In this document: positions 47,601 to 56,058 of the stretch, piece by piece | Position numbering within the stretch: the first letter of the stretch is position 1 | Layout: each line of letters starts with the position of its first letter | Source of the DNA: Lentisphaeria bacterium | GTDB lineage: Bacteria > Verrucomicrobiota > Lentisphaeria > Victivallales > UBA1829 | Length of the DNA stretch: 64,000 nucleotides | NCBI GenBank assembly: GCA_017963105.1 | Contig: JAGCTY010000111.1 | Location: 4,943-68,942 of the forward strand | Reading direction: 5' to 3' | The notes under the pieces: model-generated | What the model saw: only the letters and a program-made list of their open reading frames with translations | Database searches by the model: none | What the model was told of the DNA's origin: nothing | Program-made: the position numbers and the translations under genes

Positions 47601-50600
47601 ATGAAGAAGGTCATCGACCTGGATACCGGCGCGGCAGCCGTCTCCGGGCTTGTCCTCGATGTGACGGGGAACTCCCATGCAAGCGATATCGGCATCCTGT
47701 ACGACTCCGTCGAGTACGACTACTGGGTCCTCGCGGCCAGCCAGACCACGGTGTACGTGAACAGCGCCTGGGCGACGGACGCGGAGACCGGCCTCGCGCA
47801 CAAGACCGGCGACAGCGTCGGCGACAAACTGTACTACGGGTTCAACGCGTTCGCCAGCTTCTCCGAGGCATACGCGGAGACCCTGAAAGCCAATCCGTAC
47901 TCCATCAAGAAAGCCGGAGCCTCTTCCGCGGACCAGCAGAAGATCGCGACGATCGTGGTCTGCGACACGCCCGAAACGGCCCAACCGGTCGAGATGACGC
48001 CTGAGAATTTCCGAAACAAAATCACCCTGGACGACCTTCAGATCGCCAAGTCGGATACCAGCGCCACCGCCATCATCCCGTTCACGAACGCCGAAGGCAG
48101 CGTCCTCACTCTCATCCCCGCGGACGATGCGGCCAAGACCATTACGGTCCAGAGCGGCGTGACCCTGCAGATGAACGGCACGGGTTCCCTGCACCTGGGC
48201 GGCGATGAAACCACGGACCCGGCTGCGACTACGACAACGGCCGGCAAAATCGTGATCAACGGCGGGATCGAATCCGAAGAGGGCTCCGTCGTGGTCTACG
48301 GACTGACCGAGGTCGTCGGCGGAACCCTGAAGGCGGCTTCTCTCACGGTCAATGCCGCCGACAAGCTCACGGTCACCGGCTTCAGCACGCTCGACATCGG
48401 CGGCACGGGCGACGGCAGTTATGCCATCCGTCTGCTGGACGGCACGACGCTGAACAACTCCAGCGTGGCGGGCGGTGCGATCAATTCCGACTATAACTTC
48501 ACGATCTCCGGCGAAAGCGCGCTGACCGGCGGCGTGGCCGTCACGGCGACGAACAATACCATTACGAACACAGGTTCGCTCACGGTGGACTGGCGTTCCC
48601 GGATCACGTCCGCGAGATTCGACAACAATACGACCGAGGCCGCCACTATCACCGTGGACGCCAGAGAATTCGACAGTTCCGCCGACAACGTCGTCAACGG
48701 CCTTGCGACCGTGATCGACGTGAACAGCAAGGACGGCAGTCTGACTCTGGGCAACAACAAGATCGCCCTTCTCAAGGAAGAAGATTCCGATGTGAGACTG
48801 GTCCAGAAGCTGAACGGCGACATCTGCGTCGGCATCATCGACCAGAGCACGCTGTATGTGAACAATGACTGGACGACCTACGCGGACGGCGAAGAGATCG
48901 TTGGCAATGAGGGCAAGTTCTACGGCATCAACGCGTTCGCGAACATCGCGGATTCCAGGCTGACCTGGTCCGGGGATTCCACCGAACAGGATGTCAAGCC
49001 CGACTGCGTCACGACCAATACGATCGTCTTCGACGGCGACACCTACACGATCGGTTCCAAGACGTATTTCTACTCCGACAACAAGGCGGAAGGCGTCCTC
49101 ATCCGCGGCGCGAACGAGGACGGCACGGCGACGAACGTCGTGCTCTCGGGCGATCGTCTCTACCTGACCCACGCGGTGACCGACTACACCGATGAAGGAC
49201 TCGCGGCGGAAGTCGGCAGCGAGGGGAACACCCCGCTCTACACGATCCATAAGGACCTTACGCTGAACGTTTCGCGCCTGAACGTCGGCAACGCGAAGGA
49301 CACGAGCGAGACGAACCGCACGGGCGGCGTTGCGAACCTGGCGATCAGCGGCACGCTGAAAGGCACCCTCTACGTCGCGCCGTATTCGACGGTGACGGTG
49401 AACAAGAGCGGCAACGTGGACGTGCTCGACGGCAAAGAAGCCTGGCTCCAGCTCCGGCCGAACGCCGTTCTGACGGTCAACGGCTCGGACGGCGAAGGCG
49501 CCAGAGGGTTCGATGATGACGAATACCAGTTCCGCCAGGATGCGCTGAACTTCATCGACGGCGGCACGGTGAACCTGAACAACACCAAAGCCCATCTCGA
49601 ATACATCCGCCTAGATTCCGTCGGAAGCGATCAGCCGCTCACCGTCCAGAACGATGTCTTCAATGTGACGGATTCGGAACTCGTCTTCGGCAATGTGAAT
49701 CTCACTGCCGCCACGCCCGGCGTCGTGTTCGGTTCGCTTGACCACTCCAACACCATGACCGTCACCCTGACGCGTTCCACGGTGACGGCCGCATCGAAGG
49801 ACTTCAATCCGCTGGCCGGCGTAACCGTGAATGTCAGGAACTCCACGATCAGCGCGGCCTCCGTGACGAACTCCGGCACGATCACGGTCGATGTCACGTC
49901 CCGCATCACGGCGGACAGCGTTTCCGGCGGCGTGATCGACATCATATCGACCGGACTCGGGACTACCCTGACGGCCGACTTCTACATCCTGGTCAAGGGT
50001 ACGCTTGACAGCACGAGTCTCCCGACCCTGATCGTCGACGGCGATATCGATGACCCGGTTACCGACGGGTCTGCAATCGGCTCGACCGGCTATCAGGTCC
50101 GTACGCTCGGCAACACGGGCGTGTTCCTGACCAAGGTGAAAGATCCCGTGGAAATGTTCGTGGACAGCTCGTATACCGGCAGCCTCGGAGACGAGACCGA
50201 AGACCATCATCTGATCGGGTTCGACGCGTTCACGGACAACCCCGACACCACGGACGACACGACCCTGTCCTTCACGAGCGACGCGGCGACGGCGATCACC
50301 TACGCCGCGGGCGATTATTCCGCGCTGGACCTCGGCGGCCTGAGCGTCGCCCCGACCGATCTCACGATCTCGACGTCCGGCGACGTCACCATGGGTCCGC
50401 TGACCGTCGGAAACGGCAGCACGGTCGATCAGGCCGTCACGTTCTCCGGCGCGAATGTGGCGCTGGAGGATGCGGGGACCGAGCCTGACACAACCGCCTC
50501 CATCACGGTGTCCGACGGCAGCACGCTGAACATCGGCGGGCCGGATCCCGCCGCCGCCGGCAACGCTGCCGCGGTCACGGCCGAAACGGTCAACAATGCC

Positions 50601-53600
50601 GGCACGATCGTGGTCGCATCCGATTCCTCGTTCGAAACCGACGATGTGACGAACACCGGTTCGATCACAGTGAACAATACGATGACGAGCGGCACGATCA
50701 CGAATACCGACGGCACGATCACGGTCGACGGCACGCTCGAAGCCGCCAGTATTTCGGGCGGCGCGGTTTCGGTCTCGAACAGCCTGGACGTCAGCGGAGA
50801 AATCTCCGGCGTTTCGCTCACGGTGACCGCACCCGGCGCGACGGATCCCGACGATGTCGCGGTGAAGGCCGGAACCATCAACGGCGGTTCGATCAAACTG
50901 ACGGTCACCACTTCCACCCTTACCGAGACTTCGTACCAGTTCGTCGATGCCACGCTTGGAACCGGGACGGACGCGGTTTCGTTCACGGTGAACGGCACAC
51001 CCATCACGCAGGAATTCCAGGACGTCGGGAACGGCTATCTGTTCACGACAAAAGGCAACACCGGCGCATGGCTGGTGCAGGCGCAGTCCCGGGCGGCCCT
51101 GTATGTGAACTCGACGTATACCGCGGATGGCTACAATGAAGGCCACATCTACGGCTACAACGCGTTCTCTTCGTTCGTGGATGCGCTGACCGTGGCATCC
51201 GACCTGACGATCAACAATGCGAGTTTCGCCGACGGCATCACGATCGAAGTCGAAAACAATATCACGCATGATGTGATCCCCGCCGGGGAAGGATCCCTGA
51301 ATCTCGTGTTCCAGGGTGTTATCACGGTCAATGGCTCGGGCAAGACCGTGACCGTTTACGGCGACCGCTATCTCAGGCTGGGCGCGGCAACGGATACGAC
51401 ATCCTTTGTCTTCAATCCCGATTTCGTATTCAATTACGAACAGATCGGGGACGTGAACACGGGCAAATACGGTCTTCTTCTCGGGACGAGCCCGGCGAAC
51501 TCCCTCGGCTCCGTCACGATGAACGGCACGTTCACGAGCGGAAACCGCTTCCAGGCCATTACCGACTCCCTCGAGCTGAATAAGGCCGTAACGGCTGACA
51601 CGTACGTCTATCTGGGCTCCACGGATATGGTGATTGCTGCTCCCGTCGAATCCCAGACCATTACGTTCGTCGGCTACGCCATTGTGAACAGCGACGCGAC
51701 GCTGACGACCCCGGATGACGGCAATATCCTTATCTACGATCCCGCTGCAGATGTGTTGATCCGAGGCACCGGCAACAGCCTGTATGAGACCATCCCCCAG
51801 GTAAAGACCGGATCACTGGTCCTCACGGATGGGGCGCTTGTGACAGAGGATACGCGGATCAAACTGAAGTCCAATCTTACGTTCTGCGACGACTACGACC
51901 GGTTCACGGAAGATGGAGTCGATTACACCGGACAGGTCACTCTGACCGCTGATAACACCTTCTGGGACATTGGAGGAGACATCAATGTCAGATTCTTCAC
52001 GGATCCGAGCCACATTGATGACGATGTATCCGCCACGCTGAGCTTTGCGCAAAGCATCGTGGAAGTCGGCGGAAACGTGATCAACGCTGCGTACAGCACG
52101 ACGACGGGACAGGATTCGGCTGCGTATCTCGGCACCGCCCCTGCGATGACGATCGAGCTGGTCGACTCCTCTATGTTTGTCGACGGCGACCTGATGAACG
52201 ACGGCGAGATCACGCTGACAAAAGACAGTTCGTCTTTCAACGCCATCAGCGTCGCCGGAAATGTACTGAACCGTGAAGGTGCGACCATTTCCGTTGCTGC
52301 TTCGTCTTTCGATGTCAACGGCGAGACCAGTGTTCTCACGAACAACGGCACGTTCAACGTTTCCGGCAGGTCCACGCTGACCATCAACGAGCTCGGCGGC
52401 AGCAACCCCATAGAGCTTCTGAACGACGCGGCAATCGTGGATTCCGCCATCGCCAGCGGCGGCAAGCTGAACGTGGCATCAGGAAGCGTTGATTTCGCCA
52501 ATTCGACCATGTCGTCCACCGCGCTCGACAACGCCGGTTCGATCAAGTTCTACAATACGGTGACTGTCGGCGCGATCGACAACAAGACCGCGGCCGCATC
52601 CATCACGGTTAACGGTACGCTGAACTCTGGCGCAATCACCAATTCCGGCGTGACCGACAGCGACGGCGGCATCACGGTGAATGGCAAGCTGTCTGCCACC
52701 GGGGACATCGACAACGCCGGCACGATCACGGTCTACGGCACACTGACCGGCGGCTCGATCAACAATGGCGGCACGATCGAACTCGGTACGGTCGGCGACA
52801 GGAAAGCTGCTCTTACCGTGACCGGCGCGATCGACAACACGTCCGGCACGATCAACATCAACAATGTGGCGCTGCTCGGCGAGGCGACGTCCGTCATCAG
52901 GGCGGCCAGCATCAACAACGCGTCCGGCACGATCACGATCGATGCGACGGGCTTTGGCGGCGGCACACGGAAAGTGATCGACGTCAACAGCAGCACGGAA
53001 CTTGACGTGAACGACATCACGTTGAATCACGCGGGCACGGGCGTCCGCCTGGTCCAGGCGGATGACGGGGATGTCTTCATCACGGATGAAACCCAGTCGA
53101 CCCTGTTCGTGAACAGCACCTATTCCGGCCAGGTGACGGACGACGGCCATCTGATGGGATGGAACGCGTTCAGCAGCTTCATCGAGGCTCTCACGGTCGC
53201 AAAAGGCAGATCCGACGATACGACGATTACTGTTCTCTCCGACATTACGGACAGTTCCGATGTCCAGTATCTGTTCGGATCAGGTCGCTTCCCCGGCAAT
53301 GTCACGATCGATGGCGTACTGGTCGTCGATGAGGATAATCCGAGCGGAAGGAAGCCCATCGTCACGCTTGGCGGGTCTTTGCTGGAATTCGATCCGACCC
53401 CGGCTGACAACAAAACATTTACCTTCTCCGCCGGCAGCTCCGACACGGTTGGCGTAGATTTCCGGATGACGAACGGCTCGTTCTGGCCGAATGAACATCC
53501 TGAAACCGATGATCTGGCCGAATATGTGATCTCCAGCGACATCTCCGCTCCTGACATCGTGTTCAAAAAAGGCTCAACGAGCGTGACTGCGACCGGGACG

Positions 53601-55781
53601 CTGACGGCGACCGGAGTGCCGGAGACTTCGGACCTCGGCAATATCACTTTCTACAAGACAGGTCTGGACTTCTCCATCGATGGCGAGGACGGCGGTTTCT
53701 CTGTTTCCGATCCGCAGGTCAATGCCGGAGGAAGCATCATCTTCCGTCAGGGAGACGTCGATTTCAACAACACCTTCGTTTCTGCAAAGTATCTTGCCGT
53801 TACCGATGACAATGCCGGTGATTCTTTTGCCGGCAGCGTGAATCTGACTTCCGACAAAACCACCTGGACGATTTCCGATGATGTGTTCGTCAGATTCTAC
53901 ACTCCCTTTACTGCGGCCAAGTTCGGTGAAGGCGGCTATGCCGCAAACTTCACTTTCACCAACCACAGCAGCCTGAACGTCGGCGGAAATCTGATCAACA
54001 TCGCATACACGACCAATGATGGAACAACCAGCATCGATGTATTTGCCGGGGCTCCGGCTATGACGATCGACCTGGTCAACTCCACCATGACCGTCGGGAC
54101 GTACAGCGAAGGGAATCTTGTCCGCGGCGGCGCGATCGAAAACGCCGGCACGATCAAGATGGACAAGGATTCGCTGATCACGGCAGGCAGCATCACGAAC
54201 AGCGGCGCGGGCACGATCACGATCGACGCGACGGGATTCTCCGGCATGAAGAAAGTCATCGACCTGGAAAGCGGAACGGTCGCGGCCTCGCTCATCAACG
54301 CCCCGTCCGGCGTGACGCTGTACTACAATAAGGCGGAACACGATTACTGGCTCACGGACGCCGTGAACAGCATCATCTACCTGAACGGCACAAGCGCCTG
54401 GAACAACAAGCAATACGGCGATGCGCTCGGCACCTATGGGACCACGAACGAATACTTCGGCTACAATGCGACCAACTCGTCCGAAGCCGCAAGAAACATC
54501 GCGGCCGCCGCGGGCACCACGATCGAGGTGACCGGCGGGGAATTCACCGCTGCAAATTCGCCGGCGTTCAACGGCGTCACGACGACCATCAAAGACGGAA
54601 CCTTCAAGACCAACGTCTGCGGCGGGAAGAATTACTCCACCGGAGACGGCGTGGTCCGTCTTGAAGTCGAAGAAGGCGAAGAAAAGCCCACGCTTTCGCT
54701 GACCATCGACGGCGGGAAGTTCGAAAAGATCGTCTTCGGCGGAGACCGCGTGAACACCGCAAAGGATGTGACCAGGGTCGCCGACATCGAGATGACCATC
54801 TCCGGCGGAAAGTTCTATCATTCCGTGGCCGGCGCCATGGCGCTCACCAATGCATCGGGATTCGCCAAACTGGAAGGCAATGTCACCCTGAATATCTACG
54901 GCGGGGAGTTCAACGACAATGCCGCGGGCCAGAACGTAGACTGGCTCTACGGCGGATGCATCGCGAGCACCAAATCCGTCGGACAGAGCACCAGCATCAC
55001 GGGAAATGTCACGGTCAGGATCAACACCTCGGAAAAGAACGATCACATCGAGATCGCGAATCTGGTCGTCGGGTCGTACGGATACGGAGAAGTCGGAGGC
55101 GACACCAAACTTCTCCTGACCGGAACGGAAAAGAATGTTACCGCAACCGGCGAGATCTGGGGCGGATGCAGCAGCGACAAATACGAAGGATATATCTCCG
55201 ACAGCCACAACCGCAACCTGACCACGACCGTCAGGCACAAAGTGTCCGAGCCGGGAGAAGAGCCTGTGTATGAATACGGAAAACGCATCCTCTCCTTCAC
55301 CGGGTTCACGGGGACGCTCACATCCCAGGAGAACAAGATTCTGGCGTTCAGCGACGTCGTGGTCGAGCAGAACAGCCAGGCGACGGTGGCAAACTTCGAG
55401 GGCGGCAAAGTCAGCCTTTCCGACGTGGTGACCTGGACCTTCGAAAACGGCAGCACGCTGACCGGAAATTTCAGCAACGACTTCTGGGGCGACACGCTGA
55501 ACCTGAAGGGATTCACCTCGGCGGTAACGGACCTCGAGCTGATGTTCGATGCCAACAGCACCGATTCGATCGATGTCTTCAGATACTTCGACAAGCTGGC
55601 GGACGTCCAGATGAACGGCAATTCCGTGTCAGCCACGTTCAGCCAGGACGTCGAGGCACAGACGATGACATGGGCATGGAATGCCGGCTCGACCACCGGC
55701 GACACGCCGGAATCCTGGCTCGGCGGTTCGCTTACGGTCAACAAGGGGACCGGAATCATGTCGGTCACGACGATCGCGTAA
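38619..55781 (+). CDS. Giant leaderless beta-helix repeat protein (5720 aa), a concatemer of about 9 homologous super-modules
   Basis: ATG 38619 with AAGGAG 7 nt upstream, in frame in track ORF 38580..55781 and uninterrupted. Ser/Thr/Gly/Asn-rich beta-helix-like repeats. Recurring module headers and tails (see findings). No N-terminal hydrophobic signal. Confidence 0.85.
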   Translation: MADIFVNPSWNSGADPITVYVSGNNVSKTNPGDGTSASCYKTLEAAFSAASDGDTIYVYNKSSSSFALIPANTSQADTGVYKLSSGETYSYTGDSRKNLVVRMNRYEVEADKNYAILVSGNITMDFRVYNSIKLGRGKDGQHTSLTVENGAVFLLRKISPYTAQWNSITTIDQFVVNGATACFVGSQVKNEGDNKNTCDATFTVTNSLFFASGFFNNYSHNSGDKADALTVSGSNMTVGYLANAANGTSITIGSASTVYSGQVINTGEKSLISVSGNSKMFAGKVENQGTTAGKGISVTSGSEFTVAAETWDNTGEGSGSGYVLDMVGLQAGAARTIQVYVLKNGDSESNKKTYELTLAADQTTAKLRASYLVTGATYSVWTSEDSDRVSYLSRVFGDGSVSNAGRITVDSSTFNAGSLTNSSSVSVASFTDSTVQVSGTVSNSGKTANSGGMTIEDSMFEAGTWADVVFTGSSVSNSGTITVTATAADKLASFRAGAVTNSGTLTVSSTEDSTSVSTFNATSLTNSSTVSVASFTNSTVQVSGTVSNSGKTANSGGMTIEDSMFEVGTWADDVFTGSAVSNSGTLSVSGSELRAGAMTNSGSMTVDNSTFNEVSLNNSSSVSYAAFTDSVVSFSGSVSNSGKAANNGGMTIEDTLFEAGTWSDVVFTGSSVSNSGTLTVSDSVLRAGAVTNSGSMTVDGSMFNAASFNNSVAASSAALTDSTVQISGTLSNSGALNLTDVSAVVGEPGNNAQCFTNAASSTFRLTSTSAHDSTLAVNGALKNNGTLTISSSPLTIAVASGAARTVSILIKDSSNNTVYSNNAFSVAANVDSISISSSYFTPGATYSVSIDGGDPVLYTMASTTASLSVTGKVTNSNTSSTRAVITVDAWSTFSADSFTNSNGRFNIVYNPDNAGALSINSFDNASGIISIDVTKYLANRETDPVVTVDGIRISASNKLGTVRLVDSSGSTVNGLTYYLNSDNQIVIAPTTLFVNAKWTDDDSTLSKPYTITLTTPDPDDSSKTVSVKYERYKAGDITAGDPPYYAWKYGSDIVYTTEEPENGTYDTTGTIPAVYEKVDSSFVVIDNVSKMVVVLDTSASFNGRSYKLERGVNAFANVQEAIEHAMPGATIVFYNIGDTKDVEDFKFYKQGLVTVDKNLIFESNVKDKAVKLDTLKIDEACEATFKTGLYSMEDALDNAGTLDIVSGTRFNADLVKNSGKGVILVGTAARLVAASIDSGTVEIRTGYEDVDLNWLEWPMSAKIGDNTTLKFVYPVTEYSPAEQEGVAYEYRLIDGIRKLAVVETVRPGGRIYMQKLGDDQYVCRGSMEHASVAAGDCDSFLLNTEYGGLLLVRDVFNLSDADLNGTYSTAAIYVNNTWAGNLPSDTFTAKSQDITSKLTFSFTSANHSARMVKALIYDNNNNIVEEHFVSVGDSDTGEYAGVVALCTNLSADKTYTVKVIDGDAAPISATGVGVTAIANHEVSISTDYDGNQIVYGSFLDAMSSAYIFGHTIGTADEGMVIRLQDSSADQSGTTYIEGVFKGGSYTGPESNVSTSAIPKIPNGKSFYNLVVEPDRYWDETAGQWRYDNVSLILGGSFGQQYTSNLITFQRLKYLEINQFVIGSTASRMSAIDFVDIEDLRITTKLKPQGGATIRILNCNVTSDQHFSVTGGTLIIENSNVKLVGATGNGALSTENNWVGSGTVVIRNSVFTLISSSTGANPVVVNLKINSEFAISGTCTVNGIFTNVDEADGSDTFITFRDAILDENSSIRGDENHDNVGASLRFEGYNILDGTTVEQYGNKSMTVEAGSTVDMSDGALITVGGEVEVSNCGNITLDNASISAGSFTNEGNLTLSNGSEVQLTGEFTNAKNGTLTAGLHSDGTLGITGSINNEGTVYIDLSHTDLPDGEDLYINLAGLSGSGEVVVIGGGGSYEPEETGGSAHPPRIRLSVPPTKTLYVSREWQDAGVYRKGTNVGSFTYFGYNAYADNPGSARGLVFSRETAKIVYYGGNGEDAFCDLDLSAAENAANQLTITTVGSMASTKMAIEFASALVVARDADNDRNISVVVKEGTKVVETKSLFIAKQNGNNGTTATFTDIDFYSANLSADGEYTVTVVDGNTTLYELESSEWSVTGLAADRDTASMGALTVGESQTVTLFGATMSLHDRTAAPATASITNNGTLKVGTGEDAVLEIPVAPSDAMRNVSVKIQIGANEEYHTVQAAKGATSITVESNSISPGQQYTVSVTDTKQISASHDAGTGHTVLKVGILKGNGNHESTRSINVTAQNAAGAKYTFTNVQVAGDATEVELDPLVALDNTSGTVTGTVAEQFSVSVDGNGNFILTAKGEHAEQRVSAYVQKTVGDTVYRFDYTFDVAAGSAAGEVGRVSTRLTTEGYYYVKSEEPAVTVTATVTDSCISGSVVKAESVTNDGKLIVASQEDFGSLSLTGIQSAEARTVQVTVKDGTYTVGTYDVKVGGNSTTASVISTDFFAGKNYTAKVTDTYYTAGSVSGSDTAPQLKFALGDVTAPSVLVQVADSASGDLVGTYTATRITEAGDDYGKYTIVSGEFAAETRYTISYYNTVKSQETLVARTECVSSASGVSAPRLAFAVEAGAERTITAVVKDGSGNIVGTFDVIVHDSAETCYLVSSEFTDTAADAYTVSIAGENTYDLTGSFTAAAEDSRKAAKLVLDVDVNTEASRWIEVTTKPTLALMTGLNPGQYGYTITTDSGTVAGTCIVDSEGKTIIKSDALTAGTEYTATFDDAGSTTKTAAAVDKYSIFVEKGAPTAELTSEDFMVGMDYSDVTIKDAYTATGEAAAGTLTLKGLTSSDKVIRPDGVLQRTVTVTVMDGAFKVGTYTIEDSAIIGGKAVISDSKFTADTDYTLLVEDTRTVVVTAETLTEFDAGAVTNNDTITVIDATFHAASLTNNGTISLTNALLTVGTTDGSGNFIGGTITNSAGKTITLDMNSLITAGSIANSGTITIDARLFDPSTTDMKKVIDLDTGAAAVSGLVLDVTGNSHASDIGILYDSVEYDYWVLAASQTTVYVNSAWATDAETGLAHKTGDSVGDKLYYGFNAFASFSEAYAETLKANPYSIKKAGASSADQQKIATIVVCDTPETAQPVEMTPENFRNKITLDDLQIAKSDTSATAIIPFTNAEGSVLTLIPADDAAKTITVQSGVTLQMNGTGSLHLGGDETTDPAATTTTAGKIVINGGIESEEGSVVVYGLTEVVGGTLKAASLTVNAADKLTVTGFSTLDIGGTGDGSYAIRLLDGTTLNNSSVAGGAINSDYNFTISGESALTGGVAVTATNNTITNTGSLTVDWRSRITSARFDNNTTEAATITVDAREFDSSADNVVNGLATVIDVNSKDGSLTLGNNKIALLKEEDSDVRLVQKLNGDICVGIIDQSTLYVNNDWTTYADGEEIVGNEGKFYGINAFANIADSRLTWSGDSTEQDVKPDCVTTNTIVFDGDTYTIGSKTYFYSDNKAEGVLIRGANEDGTATNVVLSGDRLYLTHAVTDYTDEGLAAEVGSEGNTPLYTIHKDLTLNVSRLNVGNAKDTSETNRTGGVANLAISGTLKGTLYVAPYSTVTVNKSGNVDVLDGKEAWLQLRPNAVLTVNGSDGEGARGFDDDEYQFRQDALNFIDGGTVNLNNTKAHLEYIRLDSVGSDQPLTVQNDVFNVTDSELVFGNVNLTAATPGVVFGSLDHSNTMTVTLTRSTVTAASKDFNPLAGVTVNVRNSTISAASVTNSGTITVDVTSRITADSVSGGVIDIISTGLGTTLTADFYILVKGTLDSTSLPTLIVDGDIDDPVTDGSAIGSTGYQVRTLGNTGVFLTKVKDPVEMFVDSSYTGSLGDETEDHHLIGFDAFTDNPDTTDDTTLSFTSDAATAITYAAGDYSALDLGGLSVAPTDLTISTSGDVTMGPLTVGNGSTVDQAVTFSGANVALEDAGTEPDTTASITVSDGSTLNIGGPDPAAAGNAAAVTAETVNNAGTIVVASDSSFETDDVTNTGSITVNNTMTSGTITNTDGTITVDGTLEAASISGGAVSVSNSLDVSGEISGVSLTVTAPGATDPDDVAVKAGTINGGSIKLTVTTSTLTETSYQFVDATLGTGTDAVSFTVNGTPITQEFQDVGNGYLFTTKGNTGAWLVQAQSRAALYVNSTYTADGYNEGHIYGYNAFSSFVDALTVASDLTINNASFADGITIEVENNITHDVIPAGEGSLNLVFQGVITVNGSGKTVTVYGDRYLRLGAATDTTSFVFNPDFVFNYEQIGDVNTGKYGLLLGTSPANSLGSVTMNGTFTSGNRFQAITDSLELNKAVTADTYVYLGSTDMVIAAPVESQTITFVGYAIVNSDATLTTPDDGNILIYDPAADVLIRGTGNSLYETIPQVKTGSLVLTDGALVTEDTRIKLKSNLTFCDDYDRFTEDGVDYTGQVTLTADNTFWDIGGDINVRFFTDPSHIDDDVSATLSFAQSIVEVGGNVINAAYSTTTGQDSAAYLGTAPAMTIELVDSSMFVDGDLMNDGEITLTKDSSSFNAISVAGNVLNREGATISVAASSFDVNGETSVLTNNGTFNVSGRSTLTINELGGSNPIELLNDAAIVDSAIASGGKLNVASGSVDFANSTMSSTALDNAGSIKFYNTVTVGAIDNKTAAASITVNGTLNSGAITNSGVTDSDGGITVNGKLSATGDIDNAGTITVYGTLTGGSINNGGTIELGTVGDRKAALTVTGAIDNTSGTININNVALLGEATSVIRAASINNASGTITIDATGFGGGTRKVIDVNSSTELDVNDITLNHAGTGVRLVQADDGDVFITDETQSTLFVNSTYSGQVTDDGHLMGWNAFSSFIEALTVAKGRSDDTTITVLSDITDSSDVQYLFGSGRFPGNVTIDGVLVVDEDNPSGRKPIVTLGGSLLEFDPTPADNKTFTFSAGSSDTVGVDFRMTNGSFWPNEHPETDDLAEYVISSDISAPDIVFKKGSTSVTATGTLTATGVPETSDLGNITFYKTGLDFSIDGEDGGFSVSDPQVNAGGSIIFRQGDVDFNNTFVSAKYLAVTDDNAGDSFAGSVNLTSDKTTWTISDDVFVRFYTPFTAAKFGEGGYAANFTFTNHSSLNVGGNLINIAYTTNDGTTSIDVFAGAPAMTIDLVNSTMTVGTYSEGNLVRGGAIENAGTIKMDKDSLITAGSITNSGAGTITIDATGFSGMKKVIDLESGTVAASLINAPSGVTLYYNKAEHDYWLTDAVNSIIYLNGTSAWNNKQYGDALGTYGTTNEYFGYNATNSSEAARNIAAAAGTTIEVTGGEFTAANSPAFNGVTTTIKDGTFKTNVCGGKNYSTGDGVVRLEVEEGEEKPTLSLTIDGGKFEKIVFGGDRVNTAKDVTRVADIEMTISGGKFYHSVAGAMALTNASGFAKLEGNVTLNIYGGEFNDNAAGQNVDWLYGGCIASTKSVGQSTSITGNVTVRINTSEKNDHIEIANLVVGSYGYGEVGGDTKLLLTGTEKNVTATGEIWGGCSSDKYEGYISDSHNRNLTTTVRHKVSEPGEEPVYEYGKRILSFTGFTGTLTSQENKILAFSDVVVEQNSQATVANFEGGKVSLSDVVTWTFENGSTLTGNFSNDFWGDTLNLKGFTSAVTDLELMFDANSTDSIDVFRYFDKLADVQMNGNSVSATFSQDVEAQTMTWAWNAGSTTGDTPESWLGGSLTVNKGTGIMSVTTIA
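39838..40860. repeat. Intragenic near-identical tandem repeats (315/276/276-bp units, about 3.5 copies)
   Basis: (a/c)(c/t)gttcaacg at about 39855, 40170, 40446 and 40722. Encodes STFNA(G/T)SLTNSS.VSVASFT.STVQVSGTVSNSGKTANSGGMTIEDSMFE.GTWAD units. Confidence 0.8.
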
Positions 55782-55813
55782 TCAAACACCTAACATTTCA
55801 AGGATAACGGAAT

Positions 55814-55960
55814 ATGACTCTGAAGAAAACGAAAGACCGCGAGGCCTATGAAGCACCTGTCATAACGGACATCGCCCCCGTTGCCGTAACGACGGGAGCG
55901 GGGGATTCCCAAACTCCCAGTGATGGAGGAGATATCAGCGAAACCGGAGGTTTCGACTGA
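55814..55960 (+). CDS. Unannotated 48-codon ORF; candidate RiPP (lasso-type) precursor peptide
   Basis: Hand-translated: MTLKKTKDREAYEAPVITDIAPVAVTTGAGDSQTPSDGGDISETGGFD. AAGGA lies 9 nt upstream of the ATG. The ORF is 33 nt after the giant-gene stop, on the same strand as a downstream PqqD-type gene. Confidence 0.45.
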   Translation: MTLKKTKDREAYEAPVITDIAPVAVTTGAGDSQTPSDGGDISETGGFD

Positions 55961-56058
55961 TGTGACGATTCCCGGCGCGGGACCTTCGCACCACAGGGCC
56001 GCGCCAGCCGTCTCATCGATCGAAAAAACATCCTGCTCTCTGCGATAGGAGAAAAAAA

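Noticed and set aside
41916-49595. Long minus-strand ORFs (802 aa and 1718 aa, plus others of 550-690 aa) inside the giant gene
   Set aside because: They are antisense to an uninterrupted 17-kb frame with coherent repeat architecture. Their products are Arg/Gly/Asp/Val junk, and they have no independent start or SD context.
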